Assembly: GCF_049472675.1 (NCBI RefSeq)
Contig: NZ_JAPNXM010000007.1
Span: 25,521-89,520 of the forward strand
Direction of reading: 5' to 3'
Length of the DNA stretch: 64,000 nt
From: Deferribacter thermophilus
GTDB taxonomy: Bacteria > Chrysiogenota > Deferribacteres > Deferribacterales > Deferribacteraceae
The notes below the pieces were generated by a model. The model did no database searches, had not been told where the DNA came from, and saw nothing but the letters and a program-made list of their open reading frames with translations. Positions 19,646 through 28,685 of this stretch are shown here, piece by piece. A program made the translations under genes and the position numbers. Every line of letters starts with the position of its first letter. The stretch's first letter is position 1.

Positions 19646-20849
19646 TCAAAGTCTGTCTCAACACTCTAATAGCCAATAGAGCTTCAGCACCATCAACATT
19701 ATCATCTGGCCTAAATTCACCAGATAACTCTGTTTCCATCAAACCTCTTGTAACAACATTCATTACAGCATTAAACCATGGTGCTGTAGGGCTAACATCT
19801 GGATAAGGAGAATTTTCCTGCCCAAAATACTTTCTTGGTAATGATTCATCACTAGTCAATTTAACCAATACATCTTCTAAAATTAGTGCAAACTCCTTAC
19901 GAGTTAATGGTTTATTTGGGAAAAACAGATAAGCCTTTGTCGTCTCATCATATATTGGAGAAAGACCTCTTATATTCCACTTAAGTATTGTTTCAATCTC
20001 TGGTCTAAATGGATGGTTTAAAATATCAGCAGGGATAAATTCTGGTTTCATTTTTGCAATTTGCGATTTTACAGGTATACGCCCTTCCATAATCTTTTCA
20101 ATTCTAAGTTCATCCACTAAAAGTGCGGCGAAATCCGCTCTTGAAACCTCATCTTTTACTGCAATCTTTTTACCTACATCACCTACTGTAATTCCAGCCA
20201 TAGCCCTTACGATCTTGTCAGTTTTCTTCCACATTGCATTTGCAGGAGCATGCCATTTACTTTGCCTTGACATATTCAAAACATTTGCAAAAGAATCCCT
20301 TGCTTTTTGAAACTCTTCACCTTTGAGATAAGCAACACCCATAAAATATTCTAGAGCCTCAGGCCCTTGATAATAAGGTAATTTGTTAAAATTAACATCT
20401 TTTTCTATACTTTTAGCATCATCATAAAAATCTTTTGCATCTTCTAACCAATCCTCTAAACGCAATTCAGTATAAGTTCTTATACCTGTAACATAATAAA
20501 TATATTTTTGATCTTTATTCTTTGCATATTTTTTAGCCTTCTTTAAACTTTCAAGACTTCTTTCTACCCAAACCTGTTTTTCACCCATATCAGCTTTACT
20601 ATTTGCTATCATTGCCAAAGTTAAAGATTTTCCTGCATAACCAGGAGAATATTTTGGATCACATTGAATTGAACGCTCAAATTTTATATTTGCATTGTTT
20701 ATGTCACCTTTTTCTATCAATTCCATCCCAGTAAAATAGTTATGCTCTGGATTATCAGTTGGCGAATTACAAACAGTTTTAGGTTTAGAGCAGCTAACAA
20801 ACATAAACGCAACTATCACACTTAAAACTAATAATAATTTTCTTCTCAT
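19635..20849 (-). CDS. Lipoprotein with TPR-like N-terminal region and C-terminal repeats resembling SLH-like motifs
   Basis: Lipobox FVSC. C-terminal segments such as FRPDDNVDGAEALLAIRVL loosely resemble S-layer-homology motifs. Overlaps the downstream gene by 11 nt. Confidence 0.45.
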   Translation of the reverse strand: MRRKLLLVLSVIVAFMFVSCSKPKTVCNSPTDNPEHNYFTGMELIEKGDINNANIKFERSIQCDPKYSPGYAGKSLTLAMIANSKADMGEKQVWVERSLESLKKAKKYAKNKDQKYIYYVTGIRTYTELRLEDWLEDAKDFYDDAKSIEKDVNFNKLPYYQGPEALEYFMGVAYLKGEEFQKARDSFANVLNMSRQSKWHAPANAMWKKTDKIVRAMAGITVGDVGKKIAVKDEVSRADFAALLVDELRIEKIMEGRIPVKSQIAKMKPEFIPADILNHPFRPEIETILKWNIRGLSPIYDETTKAYLFFPNKPLTRKEFALILEDVLVKLTSDESLPRKYFGQENSPYPDVSPTAPWFNAVMNVVTRGLMETELSGEFRPDDNVDGAEALLAIRVLRQTLNVY

Positions 20850-20860
20850 TTTATTACCCC

Positions 20861-22051
20861 CTAAAATAGTTTTTTCATCAATCCTTGACCTTCTAATTTA
20901 GCCCTTAGAACTAAAGTACCAATTTTAAGCCTTTTTCTATGTTGCTCATCCCCCTCTATTTTTACCCAACACTGATTTTCATCAACCTGATCAGTAACAA
21001 TTAATTCAACAGGGATTTTTGCTTTACTACAACTATGTGTTCCTTTGAAAGGATCTCTAATTTCCATAAAATCATAAGCTATTAACTTTTGCCCTGGTTT
21101 AATACCGTTTGCCCTACCAAGATTTACAAGAGCCACCTGCTTATTTCCTCTCAATTGAATTATATAACCTTTTATGGCAAACAGTTGTGATAATTCAGGT
21201 TTTATATCCAAAGCAGCTTCACCCATAGCTTTTTTAGCTGCAGTAATTATCAATTCTGGATTAAAATTTGGTTGTTTACCTGCAAGTTCTCTGCCTTTAA
21301 CTTTTTTAGATGCAATAATTCTACCTGTGGCAACATCTATAATTTTTACAGTCATTTCTACATTTACATTCCATCCCTCTGTAGTTGCTTCTAAAATAGA
21401 TAAAGCAAGATTTGCTAACGCATTATCTGATTTCTTCTTTTTAGAAGGTGGTACATACTCTGCTTTAATATTATCAACAGAACCAGTAATAATATAACTA
21501 ACACCAGCAATTTTACCTAATTGAACTAATGTATTGGGATCTGCAACATTCATCTGAAAACCCTGCTCTTGCATAACCTGTTGAATATTAGATCTTGTAA
21601 AAACCTCTACACCACCCATATTTACAACAATATCTTCAACAGCACTTTGTGCATACGCCCCTATATTAGGTGATATCTGTCTCATAAATGTATTTATATC
21701 TTTTGAATATTTAACTTTTGTTTTGCTAGCTCCAACATAACCAACCCCAACAGCACCAGGCGCAACAACAGCTCCAGCAACACCCCCTTCTACATGAGTC
21801 CTAGTACCTTGACCTCTAATAGAAGTATTTGAACCTGTCATTTTCCCAAAAGTAGTATTATTTTGAAAATCTACTACCGCTACTCTTAGCTGCCTTGTTT
21901 CATACTGAGCTCTACATACTTGAGGAACCTGCACCTGCTCAGTATCTGCAGGCACTATTGATAAAGCCATAGGATCAACTTTTGGTGTCCCACAAGAAAC
22001 AAGAAAAATAATAACTGTTACAATAAGTAAACAAAGACAAATTTTCCTCAT
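20861..22051 (-). CDS. CsgG-like outer-membrane lipoprotein
   Basis: Lipobox LVSC. RVAVVDFQNNT resembles the CsgG N-terminal signature and a central segment resembles the CsgG fold. There is an extra C-terminal region. Confidence 0.5.
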   Translation of the reverse strand: MRKICLCLLIVTVIIFLVSCGTPKVDPMALSIVPADTEQVQVPQVCRAQYETRQLRVAVVDFQNNTTFGKMTGSNTSIRGQGTRTHVEGGVAGAVVAPGAVGVGYVGASKTKVKYSKDINTFMRQISPNIGAYAQSAVEDIVVNMGGVEVFTRSNIQQVMQEQGFQMNVADPNTLVQLGKIAGVSYIITGSVDNIKAEYVPPSKKKKSDNALANLALSILEATTEGWNVNVEMTVKIIDVATGRIIASKKVKGRELAGKQPNFNPELIITAAKKAMGEAALDIKPELSQLFAIKGYIIQLRGNKQVALVNLGRANGIKPGQKLIAYDFMEIRDPFKGTHSCSKAKIPVELIVTDQVDENQCWVKIEGDEQHRKRLKIGTLVLRAKLEGQGLMKKLF

Positions 22052-22150
22052 AACCCACTCCCTCTTTATTTTTTATTCATTTTATAATATAAAGTATAAC
22101 ACATTATATCACAAAAATATATTTTTTTTAAAAATTTTTAGGAGTCAATT

Positions 22151-22540
22151 ATGAATGAAAAGTCACTTTGGGAATTTTTAGAAAAACACTTAAACGCCAT
22201 CTACACAGGTGATTTTAAAACCTATGAAGAAACAACACACAAAGACCTCACTTTATACGAATGGTTTGTAGCTCCTCATAGAATAGAAGGTTTAAATTTT
22301 CACAAATTTATGATGGAAAATAACTGGGCAAATACTCATGACGGTTTTAATATTCATCTCACAGATAAAAAAGCTCAAATATATAATGATACAGCTATAC
22401 TTACCTATACATTAATAATTTCCTACAAAAATGAAGGGAAGATAGAGCATAAAGTCGTAAATGAAACAAGAGTGGTAATAAAATTTGGCAACACACTAAA
22501 AGTAGTCCATGTACATAAAAGCCCAGGGAAAGAGCAATAA
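22151..22540 (+). CDS. Hypothetical SnoaL/NTF2-like small protein
   Basis: 129 aa. The fold call rests on the pattern alone. Confidence 0.45.
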   Translation: MNEKSLWEFLEKHLNAIYTGDFKTYEETTHKDLTLYEWFVAPHRIEGLNFHKFMMENNWANTHDGFNIHLTDKKAQIYNDTAILTYTLIISYKNEGKIEHKVVNETRVVIKFGNTLKVVHVHKSPGKEQ

Positions 22541-22564
22541 TGCTCTTCCCCTCTTCTCTTTTAA

Positions 22565-22912
22565 TTAATACTCCCCTTTTGATGGAACAATACAAATAAA
22601 TTCAAAATCCTCTTCCCCAGCATTTAAAAATTGATGTTCAATATTGTTTGGGACAAAAGCTATTGATCCTTTTTCCACATTATACTCTTTTCCATCCATA
22701 TATAAAATCCCTTGTCCACCAATTACATAATTAATGTGTGGCCAATCATGTGAATGCCTCGGTGTTTTTCCCCCTTTTTCAATTCTAAAAACTCTCATCA
22801 CATAATCATCCCAGCCTTCATTTTTTCCAATTGCTACTTTTTTAAATACCTTTTCAGCTTCTTTCATATTCATTGCTACTTCTTCCTTATCCTTTAAATG
22901 ACCAACAAACAT
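22565..22912 (-). CDS. Cupin domain protein
   Basis: 115 aa with an H-x-H...E...H cupin metal motif region (PRHSHDWPHINYVIGG). Confidence 0.7.
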   Translation of the reverse strand: MFVGHLKDKEEVAMNMKEAEKVFKKVAIGKNEGWDDYVMRVFRIEKGGKTPRHSHDWPHINYVIGGQGILYMDGKEYNVEKGSIAFVPNNIEHQFLNAGEEDFEFICIVPSKGEY

Positions 22913-22913
22913 T

Positions 22914-23348
22914 TTAACCCCCTTTTTTCATTAAAAATGTAGTATATTCTTCACCATAAAAACCTTTAACCAACTCAAATCCACCATTACAATATATTTT
23001 TCTGATTTCATAATTTTCCTCTATGGGTATACCAGATAAAATAAGAAATCCATTTTTATTTTTCATCCAATTAAAAATATACCCCTTTAAATTAACAATG
23101 ATATCAAAATAAATATTTGCAATTATAATATCATAATTACCTTTAATAGCTCTTTCATCAGAACATATAACAAAACAGTTTTTAACATCATTTATTGCCG
23201 TATTTTCTTTAAAATTCTTACATGCGTCAAAAGATATATCATAACCCACCACTTTTTTTGCACCTAAAATACTAGCATAAATACTCAAAATCCCTGTACC
23301 AGAGCCAATATCCAAAACAGATTTATTATTGAAATCAATATAATCCAT
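22914..23348 (-). pseudogene. 5'-truncated PrmA-like class I SAM methyltransferase remnant
   Basis: The ORF encodes only the AdoMet-binding half (VLDIGSGTGILSIYASILGAKKV). The PrmA FGSGEHETT motif is encoded in-frame just upstream of the only ATG and is cut off by a TGA. No room or frame exists for the roughly 130-aa N-terminal domain. Confidence 0.5.
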
Positions 23349-23589
23349 AAATTTTAAGCAACTTAAAGTGGTCTCATGCTCACCACTGCCAAATGAGGAT
23401 ACTTTTATCCTTATCTTTTTTTTTCAAATTTAATACTTTTATAGAATCCATATAAATCTATTATCAATAAAAATTCAAATTGCAACAAATTACTTTATAA
23501 CACCGTTTTTATATATAAAAAGTCTAAATTAACTTTGACTTAGATAAAAAATAATAATATTAAATAAGAAACTTAATTGGGGGGTTATT

Positions 23590-24609
23590 ATGGCCTTACA
23601 AAAAAAGGAAAAATATAATGTTGCTATTGTTGGTGCTACTGGAGCTGTTGGGCAGGTATTTTTACAAATCTTAGAAGAAAGAAATTTCCCAATTGATGAA
23701 TTAAGATTACTTGCATCAAGTAGATCAGCTGGCAAGAAGGTAAAATTTAAAGGGGAAGAGTATACAGTTCAGGAATTAACTCATGATAGTTTTGAAGGGA
23801 TAGATATTGCTCTTTTTTCCGCTGGAGGTGGCAGAAGTAAAGAGTTTGCTCCATCAGCAGTAAAAGCAGGTGCCGTGGTAATTGACAACAGTTCTGCTTT
23901 TAGAATGGACAAAGATGTTCCATTGGTTGTTCCTGAAGTCAACCCTGATGATGCTTTTAAACATAATGGGATAATTGCAAACCCAAACTGTACTACTATT
24001 ATTATGGTCGTAGCATTAAAACCTCTTCATGATTATGGTAAAATCAAAAGGGTGGTAGTTTCATCATATCAATCAGCTTCTGGCGCAGGTGCAAAAGCAA
24101 TGCAAGAGTTGATGGATCAAACAAGAGCTTGGGTAAATGGAGAACCTCTAAAAGTAGAAGCTTTTCAACATCAACTGCTTTTTAATGTAATACCACACAT
24201 AGATGTTTTTATGGAAAATGGATACACTAGAGAAGAGATGAAAATGTACAACGAAACTAAAAAAATCATGGGTGATGATTCTATTGAAGTAACAGCAACC
24301 TGTGTAAGGGTTCCAGTTTTGACAGCACATTCAGAAGCTGTAACTGTAGAAACTGAAAAGAAAATAACAGTAGAAAAAGCAAAAGAGCTTTTTAGTAATG
24401 CTCCAGGTATACAAGTATTAGACAACCCAGAAAAAAATGAGTATCCAATGCCACTTTTTGTATCAGGTAAAGACGATTGTTATGTAGGTAGAATCCGCGA
24501 AGATATTTCAAAAGAGAATTCTTTAAACTTCTGGGTAGTAGGTGATCAATTAAGAAAAGGTGCTGCCCTTAACGCGGTTCAAATAGCAGAATTACTTATT
24601 TCAAAATAA
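23590..24609 (+). CDS. asd: Aspartate-semialdehyde dehydrogenase
   Basis: 339 aa with VAIVGATGAVGQ NAD-binding motif and active-site Cys in NPNCTT. Confidence 0.9.
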   Translation: MALQKKEKYNVAIVGATGAVGQVFLQILEERNFPIDELRLLASSRSAGKKVKFKGEEYTVQELTHDSFEGIDIALFSAGGGRSKEFAPSAVKAGAVVIDNSSAFRMDKDVPLVVPEVNPDDAFKHNGIIANPNCTTIIMVVALKPLHDYGKIKRVVVSSYQSASGAGAKAMQELMDQTRAWVNGEPLKVEAFQHQLLFNVIPHIDVFMENGYTREEMKMYNETKKIMGDDSIEVTATCVRVPVLTAHSEAVTVETEKKITVEKAKELFSNAPGIQVLDNPEKNEYPMPLFVSGKDDCYVGRIREDISKENSLNFWVVGDQLRKGAALNAVQIAELLISK

Positions 24610-24614
24610 AAAAA

Positions 24615-24650
24615 TGGGAGCTTTACGCTCCCATTTCCTATATTTTTTAA
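24615..24650 (+). terminator. Rho-independent terminator of asd (TGGGAGC-ttta-GCTCCCA followed by a T-rich tract)
   Basis: 7-bp stem immediately after the asd stop, followed by ATTTCCTATATTTTTT. Confidence 0.7.
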
Positions 24651-24656
24651 AAATGA

Positions 24657-24888
24657 GGCTATTGCACAATAAACTATATTTTTGCTAACAAAGTAGTTTT
24701 GAGGTTGATTCTCCCGCCATTAACTTAACATCTTAATAATTATATATCAATAACATAATATACTCAAAAAATTATAAACTCAACTTCTGCCAATAAATGG
24801 CTGGGTCGCAATAACCCAAAAATGCCGTCATTGCGAGCGTCAGCGAAGCAATCTAAATTCTTAAAACTAATACTATTGTGCAACACCC
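24657..24888. mobile_element. MITE-like element (~232 bp) with 15-bp terminal inverted repeats GGCTATTGCACAATA / TATTGTGCAACACCC and one internal palindromic unit
   Basis: TIRs at 24657-24671 and 24874-24888 match 13/15 as reverse complements. Internal unit GTCATTGCGAGCGTCAGCGAAGCAATC at 24827-24853. No ORF. Confidence 0.55.
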
Positions 24889-24898
24889 TCAAAATATA

Positions 24899-25537
24899 TT
24901 AACCTAATCTTACAAAAGCATTCATTTTCTTTTCATAACCAATAGTTGATGATGGGCCATGCCCTGGATATACTGTGACATCATCATCTAATATATATAG
25001 TTTATTTTTTATACTGTTTTCTAAAGTATTAAAATCTGCATAAGGAAAATCTGTCCTACCAACCGAATCTTTAAAAAGAGTATCACCTGTAAAAACCGCT
25101 TTTGCATCATCAAGATATAAAGATACACCTCCAGGGGAATGCCCTGGTGTATGTAAAACCTTTAATTTAATATCTCCAAATGTTAATAATTGATTATCCT
25201 CTAAATAATTATCGATATTGCTTGATTTTATGCCAAAGATACCAAACATCGAAGCATGTTCTACAGCATTTTTTAATAAAAACTCATCACCTTCATGCAT
25301 GTACAGAGGGATATTGTATTCACTCTTTAAATCTTCAATAGCACCAACATGATCGAAATGTCCATGGGTATTAACAATTGCTAATGGTTTTAGTTCATTC
25401 GAATCTATAAAACTTTTTATTTTCTCAAAATCACTACCTGGATCAATAATAATTGCATCTTTGTTTTTTGAAATTATATAGCAATTTACATATAAATCAC
25501 CAACAATAATTATATCTATTTTCATATCACACCTCAT
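24899..25537 (-). CDS. MBL-fold hydrolase (hydroxyacylglutathione hydrolase-like)
   Basis: HGHFDHVGA motif. 212 aa. Confidence 0.75.
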   Translation of the reverse strand: MRCDMKIDIIIVGDLYVNCYIISKNKDAIIIDPGSDFEKIKSFIDSNELKPLAIVNTHGHFDHVGAIEDLKSEYNIPLYMHEGDEFLLKNAVEHASMFGIFGIKSSNIDNYLEDNQLLTFGDIKLKVLHTPGHSPGGVSLYLDDAKAVFTGDTLFKDSVGRTDFPYADFNTLENSIKNKLYILDDDVTVYPGHGPSSTIGYEKKMNAFVRLG

Positions 25538-25974
25538 TGTAATATTATTGTTACCGGACCATTATTTAAAATATCCAATTTCATACTTGCAGCAAACACA
25601 CCTGTTTTTATTTTATCATCACCTAAAATTTTCTTACATTCCTCAACAAATTTTTCATAAAACTCTTTTGCTAATTCAGGCTCCATCGCCCCAGTAAAAT
25701 CAGGCCTTCTACCCTTTTTTACAACCCCTGCCAATGTAAATTGACTGACAATCATCATCTCACCATCTATATCTTTTACGCCCAAACTCATTTTACCATT
25801 TTCATCACTAAAAATCCTCAAATTTGCACATTTATCAGCAAACCATTTTATTTTATCATGATCATCACCTTTTTCAGCACAAAAAAGTACCAAAACCCCC
25901 TTACCTATGTTAGAGTAAACTTCTCCATCTATAAAAACCTTACAACTATCCACCCTTTGAACAACACACTTCAT
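25534..25974 (-). CDS. dtd: D-aminoacyl-tRNA deacylase
   Basis: 146 aa. MKCVVQRV N-terminus and SQFTL motif typical of Dtd. Confidence 0.85.
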   Translation of the reverse strand: MKCVVQRVDSCKVFIDGEVYSNIGKGVLVLFCAEKGDDHDKIKWFADKCANLRIFSDENGKMSLGVKDIDGEMMIVSQFTLAGVVKKGRRPDFTGAMEPELAKEFYEKFVEECKKILGDDKIKTGVFAASMKLDILNNGPVTIILQ

Positions 25975-27452
25975 CTCAACACCTCTTTAAAATTTATTTT
26001 AAAAACTTGTAACACAACTAAATAAAATATAATAGTCAATAATATTATCAATAAAACATGCACTCTTTTATGATATAGATACAAAATAAAAATACTCATC
26101 AAAAAGTTGGATAAAATAATTTTTAATATATACCAATTATATTTCGAGAGAAAATCTTTAAAACTGTACAACTTCTTTTGAGAAATTAATTTAACATAAA
26201 TTATTGTTCCTATAAATGCAGACAATGACGAAGCCAGCGCAATCCCAGAATGCTTAAAAGGCTTTAGTAATAACAGTGAAAAAATAATATTTGAAACAAG
26301 CAAAATTGCTGAAATCTTCACAGGAGTTTTAGTATCTAAAATTGAATGAAAAATTTTTGTAAAAGTCATATTTAAAGAAAAAAATAGCAACCCCAAAGAA
26401 TACATTTTCAATGCATTTGCAGTATTAACTGTATCATTAAAGTTAAATTGATTTCTCTGAAATACAATTCTTATTATATCGTCCGAAAGTAAAATTAAGC
26501 CTAAAGATGCAGGTAAGATTATTAGGAATATAGATAATATAGATTTTGAAATAATCTCAAAACGTCTAATTGAATCGTTTTTACTCAACTCTGTCAATGA
26601 AACTGTGCCTATAGTAACAGAAAATAGCCCAAAGGGAAATTGAAAAAGCCTATTTGCATAATAAAGATAAGATATACTTCCAAAAGGTAAATAGGAAGCT
26701 AATACTCTACCAACCAAAAAATTTAATTGATTTATCCCAACACCAAAGATAGATGGTACAATTAATAAAAATGTCTTTTTCACATCAGAAATAGATTTCT
26801 TATCAAAACTAAATTTAAATCCAAATTTGTAAGAAAATAATAAAATATATCCAAGCTGTATTAAACCACCAAAAAAAACACCCCAAGCCAAAAAGTAAAT
26901 ATTTTTTGAATAAATATATGATAGATAAATTGAAGTAATCATAGCTAAATTAAGTAGTGCAGTAGAAGAATAAGGTATAAAATAACTACCTCTCAAATTT
27001 AAAAAAGATGAAAAAAGTGCCGAAACACTTACAAAGAGTAAATATGGCATAACAATAATCAAAATGTTTGATGCAACACTAATTACTTCTTTATCCCCTA
27101 TAAAACCAGGCATAAAAAGTAAAATAATCTTGTCTGAAAACAAAGAAAAAATAATTATAAAAATCGCTATAATAGAGGATAGATAAATGACCATGTTCGA
27201 AAGATAGCTATATCCTTCATACTCGCTCTTTTTTAATTTACTCCCCAAAATAGGGACAAAAGCTGAAGATAAAGCACCTTCCGCAAACAAAGCTCTAAAA
27301 AGATTAGGAATTGCAAAAGCTACAAAGAAAGCATCGGTGAGTGCCGACGCACCAAATACAGCAGCAATAAATATATCTCTTAAAAAACCCAATATCCTAC
27401 TTGTAAAAACACCAAAAGCAGAACGAATTACACTACCCAAAAAACCTCTCAC
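25971..27452 (-). CDS. murJ: Lipid II flippase MurJ (MviN)
   Basis: 493 aa polytopic protein. N-terminal RILGFLRDIFIAAVFGAS..TDAFFVAFAIPNLFR is the MurJ signature. Confidence 0.85.
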   Translation of the reverse strand: MRGFLGSVIRSAFGVFTSRILGFLRDIFIAAVFGASALTDAFFVAFAIPNLFRALFAEGALSSAFVPILGSKLKKSEYEGYSYLSNMVIYLSSIIAIFIIIFSLFSDKIILLFMPGFIGDKEVISVASNILIIVMPYLLFVSVSALFSSFLNLRGSYFIPYSSTALLNLAMITSIYLSYIYSKNIYFLAWGVFFGGLIQLGYILLFSYKFGFKFSFDKKSISDVKKTFLLIVPSIFGVGINQLNFLVGRVLASYLPFGSISYLYYANRLFQFPFGLFSVTIGTVSLTELSKNDSIRRFEIISKSILSIFLIILPASLGLILLSDDIIRIVFQRNQFNFNDTVNTANALKMYSLGLLFFSLNMTFTKIFHSILDTKTPVKISAILLVSNIIFSLLLLKPFKHSGIALASSLSAFIGTIIYVKLISQKKLYSFKDFLSKYNWYILKIILSNFLMSIFILYLYHKRVHVLLIILLTIIFYLVVLQVFKINFKEVLR

Positions 27453-27699
27453 TAATTACCATCCTATATTTAATTATTTTACTTTTATATATTTAACAAA
27501 AAAAATAACAACTATTTTCTACTTAAACAATATTTCTTTAAATATTACAATAACTTAAATCTTGTTCATTGTGGCTTAACATAACAATACTGTTAATTCA
27601 ATAACACAATAAATAAAATTTTGACTTTACTATACATTTTGATTAGGTTATAATGACAATAAGTTATAGGTAATTTTCTAAAACTATGGAGGTTATACC

Positions 27700-27993
27700 A
27701 TGACAAAGTCTCAATTGATCGAATTAATTTCAGAAAAATATTTAAAACTTACTAAAAAGCAGATAGAATTTATTGTAAATGGTGTTTTCAATACAATTAA
27801 AGAAGCACTAAAAAATGGTGAATCAGTCGAAATAAGAGGTTTCGGTAGCTTTAAGGTTAGACAAAAAGAAGCTAAAATCGGTCGCAATCCTAAAACTGGT
27901 GAAACTGTTCAAATCCCTGCAAAAAAAGTCCCATATTTTAAACCAGGTAAAGAAATTAAAGAACAATTAATCGAAAAACCAGCTAATAAATAA
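27700..27993 (+). CDS. HU/IHF-family DNA-binding protein
   Basis: 97 aa with an RGFGSF..R.GRNP.TGE arm motif. Confidence 0.85.
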   Translation: MTKSQLIELISEKYLKLTKKQIEFIVNGVFNTIKEALKNGESVEIRGFGSFKVRQKEAKIGRNPKTGETVQIPAKKVPYFKPGKEIKEQLIEKPANK

Positions 27994-28052
27994 TTTTTCT
28001 TTAGCTTTATAAAAATTTTTTAGATGTTGCCACTTGATGTGGCAGCATTTCT

Positions 28053-28685
28053 TTATAATAAACCCATCTCTTTCATTACTAATTGCAAATCTTCCCATGC
28101 TAATTTTTTCATCTTTGGATTTCTTAATAAATAAGCTGGATGAAAAGTTGGCATAACTTTTATCCCTTTGTAATCCCTAAAACTACCTCTTATTTTGCTA
28201 ATCGCAGTGGTTGTATTCAACAAAGCACTTGCTGCAATACTACCTAAACATATAATATATTTTGGCTTTATTATCTCAATCTGCCTATGTAAATAGGGGA
28301 TACAAGCTGATATTTCATCATTTAGTGGGGCTCTATTATTTGGAGGTCTACATTTAACAATATTTGCTATATAAACATCATCCCTTTTTAATTTCATCGC
28401 TTCAATCATTTTTGTCAAAAGTTGACCTGCTCTACCCACAAAAGGTCTTCCTTGCTTGTCTTCGTCAGCGCCAGGACCTTCACCTATAAACATTAATTCC
28501 GCATTTGGATTGCCTTCACCAAAAACAAGATTTGTCCTGTTTTTACTTAACCTACATTTATTACAATCTTTTACCTCTTTTAAATAAAAATCATACAATT
28601 CATTTTCACACTTAATATTAGAATTTATAAAAATCTCTTCAATTCCGAAAACTTCTTTTAAAAATTTTTCACTCATTTTTCTCAC
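28053..28685 (-). CDS. Uracil-DNA glycosylase, family 4
   Basis: [23 protein letters not shown] motif. 210 aa. Confidence 0.8.
   Translation of the reverse strand: MRKMSEKFLKEVFGIEEIFINSNIKCENELYDFYLKEVKDCNKCRLSKNRTNLVFGEGNPNAELMFIGEGPGADEDKQGRPFVGRAGQLLTKMIEAMKLKRDDVYIANIVKCRPPNNRAPLNDEISACIPYLHRQIEIIKPKYIICLGSIAASALLNTTTAISKIRGSFRDYKGIKVMPTFHPAYLLRNPKMKKLAWEDLQLVMKEMGLL

Noticed and set aside
27621-27654. Promoter upstream of the HU/IHF gene (TTGACT ... TATAAT)
   Set aside because: The two hexamers are individually good but separated by 22 nt, which is too far for a standard sigma70 promoter. I did not annotate it.
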